DNA of 64,000 nucleotides. It comes from Okamejei kenojei. Lineage: Eukaryota. Within the stretch, counting starts at the first letter, position 1, and every line of letters starts with the position of its first letter. The DNA is taken from positions 76,880,001 through 76,944,000 of the forward strand of contig CM069137.1 in NCBI GenBank assembly GCA_035221665.1, read 5' to 3'. Shown here piece after piece: positions 12,401 to 27,400 of the stretch. Below the pieces are notes generated by a model. That model did not search any database. It was not told where the DNA came from and saw only the letters and a program-made list of their open reading frames with translations. The translations under genes and the position numbers were made by a program.

Positions 12401-15400
12401 TACAAAATAGTTTCTATGCCAATGTAAATTTGTTGATTTTGCCTGACCTATACCCAGAGAGGAAGAGCACAACTTTATTTTCCAGAGTTTTCTTGTATTT
12501 AAGTATGTGATCAGGTCAGTTCTTCAGTTTAGATTTACATTGCATGAACCTCTGTATACCACCATAATTATAAAAAGTAATACTTGCATATAGATCTCCA
12601 TTTTATAATTCATGGCTTAATTCATCTCTTATCTAAATACTGATCATCAATTCAACAATCAGGGTGGATAATATATTTGCAACATATTTAGGATAATGTT
12701 ATGATTTTCTTTATGTGGAAGTGGTAAGCCATTTGACTTTATATTTCATCTCATTTATTTTCAATTAATGGTCCATCTAAATCATATTCACAGGTTGTCC
12801 ATTCCTATTTTGTCCATTCACGTTCAATTTTGTATCATTACCTCTTTACAATATTTTTGAACACACCTGACATAATTGAACCTTTGACAAAAATTCAGAT
12901 TTGAAAGTACGGACCAGTTCAATATAATTTTAATTGACTAGATGAACCACAAGCAAGGACAATTTGGAAGAATGGATTGTTCATTTGCTCTCATTGCTAA
13001 TTTCTCTTTGCAATGATGACAGGATTTTTTCATGTGATGTAGGATGAGGTTGCTAAAATATAAAGTTTAAAAAGGTATTACTGTGCTTATGAAGATATAC
13101 CGCATATATTATATATTAGAAATGCAAATCGCAAATTTATTCTGATGCATGCCCTGTACATGGAACAGTACAGCGTAAGAACAGGCCCTTCGGCCCACCA
13201 TGTTTGTGCTGAACATAGAAACATAGGTGCAGGAGTAGTCCATTCAGCCCTTCAAGTCAGCACCACCATTCAATATGATCATGGCTGATAATCTAAAATC
13301 AGCACCCCATTCCTGCTTTTTCCCCATATCCCTTGATTCCTTTAGCCCTAAGAGCTAAATCTAACTCTCGCTTGAAAACATCCAGTGAATTGGCCCCCAC
13401 TGTTTTCTGTGGAAAAGAATTCCACAGATTCACAACTCTCTGGGTTAAGACGTTTTTCCTCATCTCAGTCCTAAATGGTCAACCCCTTAATCTTAAATTG
13501 TGACCCCTGCTCCAACAGAACATTTTTCCTGCATCTAGCTTGTCCAATCCTTTAAGAATTGTATGTGTTTCTATAAGATCCCCTCTCATCCTTCTAAATT
13601 CCAGTGAACACAAGCCCAGTCGACCCATTCTTTCATCATATGTCAGCCTGCCATCCCAAGAATTAACCCGGTGAAATTGCACACAATACTCCCAGTGCGG
13701 TCGTATCAGGGCCCTGTTCAATTGCAGTAGGACCACCGTGCTTCTAAACTCAAATCCTCCCGCAATGAAGGCCAATAGCTTTCTTCACTGCCTGCTGCAC
13801 CTGCATGCTTACTTTCAGTGACAGATTTACAAGCACATTCAGATCTCGTTGCACCTCCCTTTTCCTAATCTGACACCAACCTCACATTTATCCACATTAT
13901 ACTGCATCTGCCATGCATCTGCCCACTCACCCAATCTACCCAAGTCAGCCTCAAAGCATCCTCATCGCAGCTCACACTGCTACCCAGCGTTGTGTTATCC
14001 GCAAACTTGGAGATGTCACATTTAATTCCCTTGTCTAAATCGTTGTAAATAACCGGGGTCCAAGCACCGAGCCCTGTGGCACCCACTAGTCACTGCCTGC
14101 CATTCTGAAAAGGACCCATTAATTCCTACTCTTTGCTTCCTGTCTGCCAATCAGTTCCCTATCCATGTCAGTACCCTATCCCGATATCAGGTGCTCTAAT
14201 TTTGCACACTAATCTCTTGTGTGGGACTGTCAAAGGCTTTTTGAAAGTCCAGATACATCACATCCACTGGCTCTCCCTTATCCATTATACTTGTAACATC
14301 CTCAAAACAATTCCGGAACATTAATGATGCATGGTTTCCCCTTCATTAATCATGGTGACTTTGACCGATCCTGTCACTGCTTTTAAATGCGCTGCTTTAA
14401 CATCTTTAACTAACTACTCAAGCTTATTCCCCACTACCGATGTAAGGCTAACTGGTCTATAATTCCCCGTTTTCTCTATCCATCCTATCTTAAACAGTGG
14501 GGTTACATTGGATACCCTCCAGTCCACAGGAACTGATCCAGAGTTCAGAGAACATTGGAAAATGATCACCAATGCATCCATGATTTCTAGGGCCACCTCC
14601 TTAAGTACTCTGGTTTGCAGACCATCAGGCCCTGGGAATTTATCTGCCTTCAGTCCCAACAGTGGTGCCAAGAAAAAATAATCTCATCTGTCTGCACATA
14701 ATGCATATCCTTCCATTCCCCCAATATCCATGAGCCGAACGAAAAGCATTTTAAATGCCACAATTATATCTGCCTCCACCATCACCCCCATGCAGTACGT
14801 TGTAGGCACTCATCACCCTCTGTGTGTAAAACTTGTCCTGCATATCTCCTTTAAACTTTGCCCTTCTCACCTTAACGCTATGCCCTCTAGTCTTTGATAT
14901 TTCTACGCTAGAAAAAAGTTTCCGACTGTCCATTCTATCTAAGCCTCTCATAATTTTATATATTTCTATCATGTCTCCACTCAACCTCTGATGTTCCAGA
15001 GAAAACATCCAACTCTATCCAACTTCTCCTTATAACTAATACCCTCTAAGCCAGACAGCATTCTGTTAAACTTTTTTTGTAACCTCTCCAAAGCCTTCAT
15101 ATCCTCTCTGGAATGGGGCAACCAGAACTGCATGCAATTTCCAAATGCTGCAGCGACTGCCGGCACCCGTCATAGGTCGTTGCAGGTCGGCATTTTGAAA
15201 ATTTAGCTACGATTCTTTGGGCGACTGAGGAGGCTACTCACAACCATACAGGCGACACCCTGGCAACATGTCGCGGGGTGTAGCCTGTATGGTCGTGAGT
15301 AATCGCCCAAAGAGTCGTACCTTGTTCTGGGCAACGCTGAATTTTCAACATGTTGAAAATTTCTGCAAATAACCCATTTGTGAATTGAATTAATTTCATA

Positions 15401-18400
15401 AATATGACCATTGATTGTTGGATGTTTCAGCCATCAAAGTCAAAACTACATGGCTGAGGAATCTTCCTTTGTCTTTCAATACAATAAAGATCTCAAGGCA
15501 ACTTCAATTTTTCCTTAATATATTAAACTTCAAGAAGTTGAATATTTCGCAAACCATAATTTTACAAATTTGTGGCATCCATACATCACTCACATAATAA
15601 TAACAATTTAATTAATAACTACCCCATACCTTGGATTGTTAGCTTGGATTTGGAATTGTCAGTTCCAGCCTCATTTGTGGCTTTACACAGGAAGTCACCA
15701 CTATCTGTTTTGGCAACTGTTTTAATTTCAACTGTGGCTGTGCCATCTATGAAAGTCATGCTCAGTTTTTCAGATGGTTTTATTTCTTTCCTGTCTTTGA
15801 ACCATTGGACTTTAATTGGTTCTGACCCATGAACATGACATTTTAGCTGCAATGACTCTCCTTCTGTTATTGTCATTGGTTTAAGTGGAATATCAAAGAC
15901 AGGTGGCTTCTTCAGTTCTAAAATAACAACAAAAGAAATGTCAATAGTTAATACATTAACATTTTCATTATCAATTTCATTTTATTCCCTCTTCCTCTAG
16001 AGATTTTGCCATTTCCAGACAATCCATTTTTCTTTTCATCTGAAAATACTTAGCAGCAGACTTGCTCAATATTATAAATTACCATCAATAATGCAAGGGA
16101 TATATGCATTTTTGTCAGGCAATACATTTATGTTATCCTTCAGAACTCATCCACTACACAGAATTTCAACTACTGACCTAGGGGCTAGAGGAATCAAGGG
16201 ATATGGGGAGAAGGCAGGCACGGGTTATTGATTCGGGACGATCAGCCACGATCACAATAAATGGCGGTGGTGGCTCAAAGGGCCGAATGGCCTCCTGCAC
16301 CTATTTTCTATGTTTCTATGACCTATCCAGGAAATGATGAAAAGTGCCCAACAACAAAAAGCAGATGACATAGCATGATGCCTCTGTCAATGGCAGAATG
16401 AGACTAGCTAGGGTTCCTCAACAACATTACTCACCACCACCTAAAAAGTGACATTGGGGATGCGCAATAAATGCTGGCCTTACCAATACACAAACTCTGA
16501 AAAATGAACAACATTTAATTACTATATAATTTCCACAACGTTATTGACTAAAAGGCAGACTTTAAACAAAATCTGTACAAGAAAAGTTAACAACATGCAA
16601 GGATTTTAGAATGTCCATTCGACATTAGAATAATAAATGATATCAAGACTAAACAAAAAACGATTCAACAAAACAGAATTTGCCAGTGTAAACTTCCCCA
16701 TTCCTTATAATGATCAATATCCATCACTGACCTTTGATCAGTACGGACACATTAAACTTTGCTGTGCCTGCATCATTCGACACTTCACATATGTAGATAC
16801 CAGAATCAGCAGTCTGTGCTTTCTTAATGTTCAAAATGACAACATTATTTTTAAAGGATAATTCATAATTTCCAGTTTCCAAGATCTCTTGCTCATCTTT
16901 GAACCAAGTTACAGATAATGGTTGTGAACCAGAAGCACGAGCTTCAATTTTTATAGATTTTCCTTCTGTATCCTGTATTGTTTCAAGAGGTTTTTTAGTA
17001 AAGCTTGGTGGAATTTTACGTTCTGTTGGAGAAAAGAGTAGCATCATGAATATCACACAATTCTAATGGGCCTGGATCATGCTAACTTTTAGTAGTTTCA
17101 ATTGGATTTTCTGCCAATTAAATGGCAGTTCAACTAATGTTCCATCCTACTGTCATTTAAGTTGGGGAAATTGCTTCTTGGATTCAACAAAAGATCAAGC
17201 CAACTGCAGAACTGTATAGACTTAATGCAGATTGTTAAGTAAACATTTTAGGAGGAAAACAGAAATGCGTTACTTTTTAATTTTGTATCTGCTTTATTTT
17301 GGTGTTTATAATTATTTCTAAATACTTTTCATCTTTTTTTTTGATTAAGTTAAAAATAATTTGGTCATCTTTTTAATTACTTGCATTTAAAACTAGTATC
17401 AATGTATTTCATCTCCAGCTTTGTAGCCTGCCAGGAATTTTCGAGGCAGGGCATTTTTTCCTCTGCCACCTGATGAAATATTATAGGACTCCAGAATGTA
17501 GAAGAACAAATTGGAGCCTCTGCAATAAGTGCTAGTAAGACGCAGAAAGACTACTGTCAGTGTCTCATGCACAATATGATCCATAGATTATTGATCTCAT
17601 ATCATCAGTGGTATTAATCCTCCATGAGAGAAAAGTATTGGTATCAGAAGTTCAGCATTGTTCTTGTTGAGCATGTTATTTGGTTTAGTACTGCCATTAT
17701 TTTTTCATCCTTAAACATTATAATTGTGCCTCAAGAAAGAATGGTTGAAGAAGGTGTATTTTCAAAGTAAAGATTAATTAATATGAAGAAAATCTCTACT
17801 TTTAATGTTATTTCTCATAATTAGCTTTTTTAACCCATTGGCAACATAACAAAATTGGTTAAATAACTGGCAAAAATATTTTTAAAAAGATGTAAAATGA
17901 AATATTTTTTTCATAAAGAATAAAACCTGTGCTCATAAGATATACCAGACAGTAAGGTATTATAATTATTATTGAGCAATAACCTTTCACGGTCACTTGA
18001 GTTTTGCAGGAATCCTTTCCAAGATCATTGCTGGCCTCACAAATGTATTGACCAGCATCCCCCTTGTCTGCTTTCAGAATCATCAAATGAGCTGTATTTT
18101 CCACATAAGTTATCTTGTAATTGCCACCCGATCGAATCTCTTTGTGATCTTTCAACCAAGTAACTTTAATTGGGGAAGAGCCAATTAAGTGGCATTCAAG
18201 GTCCACAGTTTTCCCAATTGTAACTTCCACTTGTTCTGGCTTTTTGTCAAATAGAGGAGCAACTCGAGACTCTGAAAAAAATACCAAGAATTGTATTCTA
18301 TTGTAAATGTATAAACAGTAAAATAATAACATACAGCAATAAGTGTGGAAAGCAGATATTGAAGAGTAAATACCATAAAATTAAGGTAACTGCTAATTAA

Positions 18401-21400
18401 GCAAAGAATCAGAACAAGCATATATTTAACCAAACATAGAGGGGTAACTAGACACCGAAAACATGATAGAAAAGAGTTGTAAGAGTTATTACAAAAGTAT
18501 CAATTACAATAAGGTCTGTCAATGACAGATCAAAGCAAATATTAAAGTTAGGATAAATGTTCATTAATTATAGGTGCCTTGATAAATATTTAACCCAACA
18601 TACCTTTGAGAGCTAGTTTCGAACTACATGAAGCAACTCCAACTATGTTGGAAGCTTTGCAAGTGTATTCACCGGCATGATTCATCTCAGTTTTAAGTAT
18701 TTTAAGAGTTGCTTCATTCTCTATGAAAGATGTAATAAAGTTTGTTCCAGGCAGCAATTTTACACCGTCTTTAAACCAAGAAGTTTCAATTGGAGCTGAA
18801 CCAGCTATACAACACTCAAATGTGACAGGTGAATCAAGAGTTACTTCCATATTCTCAATTTTTCTTAAGAAAGAAGGTGGAGTTTTATGCTCTGTAAAAT
18901 AAAAATAGTCATGGAGTAAGTCCATTCAACCATCCTACTTGCTTGCCATACTAATGTTCAGTGATTCATGTACAAAGATTTTGAGATCTTCACACCAACG
19001 ATTGTGTACCATGAAAGCAACAGATAAGAAGCTTGACATCCACTTGTACAATGCAGCCAACCACGATAAGCCAATTTAAACATTAATTCCATAGAAATAG
19101 TGAAAATAGGTGCAAGAGTAGGCCATTCGGCCCTTCGATCCAGCACCGCCATTCAATATAATCAAGGTTGATAATCTAAAATCAGTACCCCGTCCCTGCT
19201 TTTCCTCCATATCCCCTGATTCCTTTAGCCCTAAAAGCTAAATCTAACTCGCTCTTGAAAACATCCAGTGAAATGGCCTCCACTGCCTTTTGTGGCAGAG
19301 AATTCCACAGATTCACAACTCTCTGGGTGAAAAAGTTTTTCCTCATCTCGATCCTAAATGGCCTACCCTTTACCCTTATGTTTCTATAAGATATCCTCTC
19401 ATCCTTCTAAATTCCAAACAACATCACGGCACTGTGGCTGCAGTGTGTGTCATCTACAAAATACACTGCAATCACTTGTCAAGGCAACTCTGACAGTATC
19501 TGCTAAAGCCATGAACTCTACTCGAAGAAAGAACATGACACCAGCGGGCTCCTGTCCGAATCACACAATTGACTTGAAAGATATTGCTGTCATAATCACC
19601 GAGTTTAGTTTAGGGAATCCCCAATGGCATTATCAGCTGCCTTTTCTGGAAATCTATGGCATGTTCAAGAAGGTGAATAACCTTCTTGAATAATAATAAT
19701 TAGGATGGACAATAATTATTGCCCAATCCTAAAAAGTGAATACAAATATTTCCTACTTATATTCTGCTGAAAAATATTATTTAAATGACATGTTGACAAG
19801 AAGTGTTTACAATAGGCAAGGATTTTAAAATTAATTGCACACCAGAATAATGAATAATGGAAAACATAAGAAACTGGAGCAGGAATAGGCAATTCACCCC
19901 CCTGCACCTGCTCCAGCATTCAGCGATGTTTTGAATTAACATAACAATTGAGACTTCACAAGCAAAGGTTCGCCACAGTAGAGTAATATTTTCTCATCTC
20001 AGCTGAAATGGCTTATTTGATGCCCAAACATTATGGTTCTAGACTCCTCAATCAGGGAAAACAGCCTTCATTTCAAATCATTTTTCTAAATTCTTGTAAC
20101 ATCACTTTTCATTCTGTTAAATTCTATAGGACATAATCCTATCTCTCTTCGTTCGATGAAAGCAGAATCCTTGGAATCAGTTTAGTGAATTTTTCTTTCA
20201 TTCTCTCTTTGGAAAGTACAACCTTTGTTGAGTAAGGAAACCAAAACGGTAACCAATTCTTCAGGTGCGATTTCACCAACTATACAATTGCAATAAGAGT
20301 TCCTTACTCATGTGATGAAATCCTCCCATTGTAAAGGCTAACCCCATCACTTGCTACTCTTGCATGTTGGCCTTCAGTGGCTTTGTACAAGCACATACAG
20401 GTCCTATTGATCATTAATACCATTCAATCTCTCACAATTTAACAAATACTATGCTTTTCTGCTACGTTTCCCACAATGGATGACCTCACACCTTTCCACA
20501 TTATATTCCACTCGCAACATTCATGCCCACTCTTTCAGCTCATACATAGCTTCCCCATATGACATGGTCCAATGAACACAATCTCCCCTAGTTTACTATC
20601 ATCAACAAATTTGGGAATTCAGTGTTTGGTCCCCGCACCCAAATTGCTGATATAGATTGTGAATAGCTGGTGCCCAAGCATCAGTTGTAGTGTTATTACT
20701 GGATTGTGCTACTACCTAATTGAAGCCTGTCAACCTGAGAAAGAACTGTTGATTCACATTCTTTGCTTTCTGTCCGATAATTAATTCTCAATCCATGTCA
20801 GCCTATTACTCTAAAATCCATGTGTTCTGATCTTATTGACCAACTGCCTTAATGAAAGCATAAATCTAATCCACTCGTTTGTCTTTATCTATTCTACTGG
20901 TCACATCCTTAAAAAAGTCCAGTAAATTAGTCAAACATGATTTTCCTTTCATAAATCCTTATTGACTATTTTCAACCCGATTATCCTTCTCAAGGTGTAC
21001 TGTTATTCAATCTTTCAATGTAGTTTGCAATACTTTTTCTACCACTGATGTTTCTCTCTCTCCTTTCTTACATAGTCATGTCATATTTGCTACTCTCCAA
21101 CAGCACTAGGTCCAGAATACAGCTGTGAAAAATGATAGGCAGAACTATCCCTGCTTCTAAGGTTGCTGGAGTAATTCAGCAGGACAGGCAGTATCTCTGG
21201 AGAGAAGGAATGGGTGATGTTTTAGGTCGAGACCCTTCTTCAGAATCCTTGCTTCTAAATCCACTTCCTTCAAATCTCAAAAAATATGTAGATCACCTGT
21301 TCCTTTGTATTTATCATCTTTCAAGTTCACTAACTCTTTTAGTACTTTTTCTTGTTCAATACTGTGCCTTCAGTTCTGTATTTTTGCTGGACACTCAATC

Positions 21401-24400
21401 CTCTATTATAGGTTGTGTATCTTCTTTCATGAAGACAGGTGCAAAGTGTCTCTTCCATTTCCTTATTTCCCAATATACATTCTGCTCCCTCAGTCTGTAA
21501 AGGCCCACATTTTGCCATATTTTTTTAACCTACCCTTCAATGTCTTTAGAATCCATTTTTATGTTTCTTTACAGTCTACTCACAAATCCGTGTTGTCTTT
21601 CTTTATCAATTTCTTTACTGAACCCAGCTTTATTAAGTTCTAAAATGCTCACAATTTTCAAGCTTACTGAAATTTCTGTCATGTGTATAAGGCTCTTCAT
21701 TTTATTTGATAATATCTTCAATTTCTCTTGTGAACTATGAATCACTTTGCCTTTTGGGTTTTGTATCTTAAAAGGAATATATTTCTAACAATCAACACAA
21801 ATACCAATAAATATGACTGAATAAACAAAAGCATTTGTAACCCTTACAATAACTAATCCCTTCACTAACCTTGAATCAGAACAGACACATTCAGTTCTGC
21901 AGTGCCTGCTTCATTGGATGCTTCACATGTATAGACACCGGAGTCAGCAAGCTGTGCTTTCTTAATGTTCAATAGTACTACATTATTTTTAAATAATAAT
22001 TCGTAATTTTCAGTTTGCAAAATTTCTTGCTCATCTTTGAACCAGGTTACAGATAATGGTTGTGAACCTGAAACACGAGCTTCAATATTTATGGATTTTC
22101 CTTCTGATTCCTGTATTGTTTGAAGAGGTTTTTTGGTGAAGTTTGGTGGAATTAAATAATCTGCAACAGAAAGAAGTAGCATTGTGAATATCATATAGAA
22201 CTAACCGGCCTAGGGTAAACTGACTTTTACTGATGTTTTCGCTTGAACAATTGGCAATTAATCATTGAAATTATACGTTTCATTTTCCAGAGAATTAACA
22301 TGGACTTCTTGTTCATTCACTGTAATGCTGAACCCAAGAAGCAGAATTTGACATTATGTTGGGGAAGTTGTTTCTTGGATCATGGGCAAGGTTCAGACTT
22401 GCTGCAAGATCTGACACAGTGTTCATTTTAACGAGAATTGCAGAGCGAAAAGTTTGTAGCTAAAATAGTCGTTTTTAATCTTGTATTTCCTTTGGTTTGT
22501 TGTAAGTTCTTTTGAATGCTTTGATGTGTTTTAGGTAACATTTATATTTTTAAATCATTTTAAGATTTATTTTTAAAATTTAAATAATTCATTATTTACT
22601 TCAATTTAATAGTTTTTATTCTACCTTTGAATGTCTGCCAATTAAAAACTAATAAAATAATTGACAAGCACTACAGTTGGTAAAACCTGTTGCCAGCTGA
22701 TAGCACGTTTCCAGAAAAGGGCCTCTTTTTTTGCACAATCGAATACAAATGCTGCTGGACTCCAGTGTGGAAAATCATTAGGATAGGATCTTTGTTTTGG
22801 ACCCTGGTAAAAGCAACAGCAAATTAGGTAGGAAACAGATTAGATAATCGGATCCTTAGATATTTTTTATTTCTTCAGTGATATTATTCTTCTATGACTG
22901 AAATGTGATCACTGGCCCACTCACTGTATACATTCAAGGCTAAGGCATACAAATTACAAGCAGCGTTGCCACGTTACTGGATAGACTCGGTTTATACTCT
23001 CTGGAATTTAGGAGATTGAGAGGGGATCTTATAGAAACTTACAAAATTCTTAAGGGGTTGGACAGGCTAGATGCAGGAAGATTGTTCCCGATGTTGGGGA
23101 AGTCCAGGACAAGGGGTCACAGCTTAAGGATAAGGGGGAAATCCTTTAAGACCGAGATGAGAAAGACTTTTTTCACAGAGAGATTGGTGAGTCTCTGGAA
23201 CTCTCTGCCACAGAGGGTAGTTGAGGCCAGTTCATTGGCTATATTTAAGAGTGAGTTGGATGTGGCCCTTGTGGCTAAGGGGATCAGAGGGTATGGAGAG
23301 AAGGCAGGTACGGGATACTGAGTTGGATGATCAGCCATGATCATATTGAATGGCGGTGCAGGCTCGAAGGGCTGAATGGCCTACTCCTGCACCTAATTTC
23401 TATGTTTCTATGTTATGAAAATTTGTCCTTACAGAATTCACTAATCACCACCAATACGGCAACAACTCCAACCTTCCCTCGTAATGTGGGGATAACCTGC
23501 AGTGGGCACTTTCAAAACAAAAAGGATGAGGAAATTGGACAGGAAATTAGATGAGATACAGAAGTTCAGCCTTTTTCGTATTAACTGATGGAGCAGACCG
23601 TACACTCTCATCTTGCTTTCATTCTTGGTTCTTAAAAACTAAGCATACACATCAGGAAGTAACTAGAAACTGATACACTAACAAAATAAAGAATTCATGA
23701 TATTAAAATATTACTTCTATTTTTTTTATATTACTTTTCATAGATTTGTTTTTTAAGCTGTAGCCAGGAAAACCAAAATAATTCTACATGCCAAATAAAA
23801 ACTGACCATAATTTGTTAGCATAATTTTGAGATTGCAAAATAAACATTCTCCTGTGAAATTCATAAAGCATAGGCTCATAAGATGTACTTATAAGGAAAT
23901 AAAGACTATAACTGTATTGATCTATACCTTTCACAGTCACTTCAGTTTTGCATGAATCCTTTCCAATATCATTGCTGGCCTCACAAATGTATTCCCAAGC
24001 ATCCTCCTTGTCTGCTTTCAGAATAATCAGGTGAGGTGTATTGTCTACAAAAGATATCTTGTAATTGCCACCTGATCGAATCTCTTTGTCATCTTTCAGC
24101 CAAGTAACTTTAATTGGAGGAGAGCCGATTAAATGGCATTCAAGGTCCACACTTTGCCCGGTTGTAACCTCCACTGGCTCTATTTTTTTGTCAAATACAG
24201 GAGCAACTCGATACTCTGAAAACATTGTAAAAAAAAAGTTATATTCTATTCTAAAAGTATCAGTTGCAAAGTAATAAGGTCTATCATTAAAAGGTCAAAG
24301 CAGATATTAAAGTAAAGCTAAGATAAATGTTAATTAAGCTGCCTCGGTAAATTTTTAATCCAACATACCTTTGAGAGCTAGTTTCGAACTACATGAAGCA

Positions 24401-27400
24401 ACTCCAACTATGTTGGAAGCTTTGCAAGTATATTCACCAGCATGATTCATATCAGTTTTAAGAATATTAAGAGATGCCACATTCTCTATGAATGATATCA
24501 TTAAGTTTTCTCCTGGGAGCAATTTTATACCATCTTTAAACCAAGAGGTTTTAATCGGAGCAGAACCAGCTGTACAACATTCAAATGTTACTGGTTGACC
24601 AAGAGTTATTTCCATATTCTTAATTTTTCTTACGAAAGAGGGTGCAATTTTGTGTTCTGTAAAATAAACCATTATGTGTGACCATTCTGACTTTCTGCAT
24701 CCGCTCACGGTGATTCAAGTATTAGAAACCCAGGTCACTCCGAAAACACACTTTGCAATCTCTCACCATGACAAATCACTTGCGAAGCTTAATATTATCT
24801 CAGACAGTTCCTGCCCATCAGTGTGCACAATACACTTCATTTACTTGTCTCGGCATCTCTGACTGAACTGCTGCACTGTCTTCATTATTCACAAGTGAAA
24901 GGTTGCAGGGACTTCCCAAGTATAACACAAAATGTGAACATCACTAGGGCACTCTCTTTAATATAACTCTCCAAATAAACATACATTTACCCTATAATGT
25001 TCTAAAAACATTCACTCGCATCAGCTTGTTTAAATACCAAAAGCTAATGATATTAGTTAGTTCAATTGAATGCGATTATACTTGCAAGATTTGAAATCAC
25101 ATGATGCAACTGTGTGAGCAAACACTGCATCTTAGTAGAACAGCGCATAGCATGGAGCTACTTGATCAAAGTGGCCTGGATTTATCACTGTATTTATAAA
25201 TTGATTGGTACCTCAATATATATATATGCACACTGATATTTGTCCAAAAAAATTAAGAGAGGGGACAACATTATGATTAGATGGAGAGCAAATCCACTAA
25301 TAATGAAGATATACACAATAAGCTGGGGTAACTTAGCGGGACTGGCAGCATCTCTGGAGAGAAGGAATGGGTGATGTTTTGGGTCGAGACCCTTCGCCAG
25401 ACTGAGAATGAAGACTGATTGTATAGATTTCTCTATTGTAAGTCATTAGTTGAAAGACAAAAAAGAAATGAATATGGGTAAAAACAACTGATAGCAGGCA
25501 ACTGGAAATTAGAATAATACTCATTGCATGCTTATTATAACTGAATAATATCAAGATTTTGAAAATAGTGCAATTTCTTTACAAACAAACAATGAAAGTT
25601 ACAGGTATAAGCTTCCCCGACCTTTGTAATCAAAAGTAGCCATTACTAACCTTGGATCAGTACAGACACATTAAACGTTGCAGTGCCTGTTTCATTGGAT
25701 GCTTCACATGTATAAACACCAGAATCAGAATGCTGTGCATTCTTGATGTTCAATATTACTATATTATTTTTAAAAGATAGTTCATAATTTTCAGATCGCA
25801 AGATCTCTTGCTCATCTTTGAACCAAGTTATAGATAAAGGTTGTGAACCAGAAACACGAGCTTCAATTTTTATAAATTTTCCTTCTGTTTCCTGTATTGT
25901 TTCAATAGGTTTTTTAGTAAAGCTTGGTGGAACTTTACGATCTGTAACAGACAGGATGTAACGGTAGCACTATGAACATCTTAAACAACTAGTTTGCTGA
26001 AGCATGCTAACTTTTGCTAACTGGAACAGTTTCCACTTAAGGGCCTGTCCCACTTGGGTATCATTTGCGCGTCACGCAGGTGGCGCGCGAGGATTTTGAG
26101 AATCCCAAAATCCTAGGGCACCCCGCACACCCCCGCATCACTGCCTATGCCACCACACGCCATGCACACGTAATGCATGCCATGCGCCATGCATCGTGAC
26201 ACGTAAATGATGTTGCGTAAATGACGCGCAAATGACGCCCAAGTGGGACAGGCCCTTTAGTCTTTGAAATGGAGGTGCATTGTTAACACCTGTCGACTTA
26301 TTGATGCGGACTTATAAATAGTTAATCATACCATGGGTTTTCAACACATTTATGGTCGGGAAGTTGGTTCTTAGATCAGGCACAAGATCTGATTTTGTGA
26401 AAGTTCTGATATCCTAATACTTTTAATAGGGATTGTAGAGAAAAAAATTGAGACAGTAAAGGGGCATGCATTACCATTAAATGTTGTTTTTGCTTTATTT
26501 TGGTGTTTTTAATTGTTTTAAGGTGCTTTTATGCATGATGACTTTTTTCATCCCTTTTTAAAAAATAATCATCTATTTCAGTAGGTTATTTTTAACAGTC
26601 TCTGAATATCAGACACATTTAAAATGAAAAAGGTCAATTACAACTATTATAGCCAGTAAAGCACCACTCCCAATTTTGCCAGTTGTCAAGCGTTCCTTAC
26701 AGCATCCTTACTGTTCCATAGAATGCTTCCTACTCAATAGGTAGAGAACCATTAAGGTAGGCTCTCTACATTAGACCCTGTTAAGGGCTGACATAGACAG
26801 AGCATAAGCAATGATTCAGGCAGGCGGGCAGATTAACATAATCTGATCTATCTATATATTTTTTAATTATTTTGTGATATTATTCTTCCACAGGAGGAAT
26901 GCAATTGCTTGAAAACAGAATATATTCAAGACCAAGGTCAATTGTTTATTGAGTCCATTGAAATGAAGAGTTATGGGAAAGTGCAGGAAATTTAAGTCAA
27001 TAGAAAAGTTAAACTTTGTTCTTCTTGAATGGTGGAACAGGCTATTTGTTCTCCTAATTGTAAACCTCATATTGTTTGGTTGTTGAAAACTAATAATATG
27101 CCTCAGGAAATTATTTTTTCAGACTGATATGACAGTAACATACGTATTTAAAGATCAGCATTAAAATAATTCCACTACCTTTGCCTAATTTACAAAGTTT
27201 GATTATTTTTTAAGTGCCTGCAAAGGTATTCAGGAAAAGCAAAACAAAAATTGCACATGGACAACATAATAAAAATTGACCAAGTAACCAGTAAGGTAGA
27301 CAAAAATGCTGGAGAAACTCAGTGTGTGAGGCAGCATCTATGGAGCTAAGGAATAGCTATTCCTTTGCTCCATAGATGCTGCCTCACCCGCTGAGTTTCT

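Noticed and set aside
13479-15166. RT-like ORFs as an active retrotransposon or host gene
   Set aside because: Fragmented by stops, frameshifts and deletions; 5'-truncated CR1 remnants
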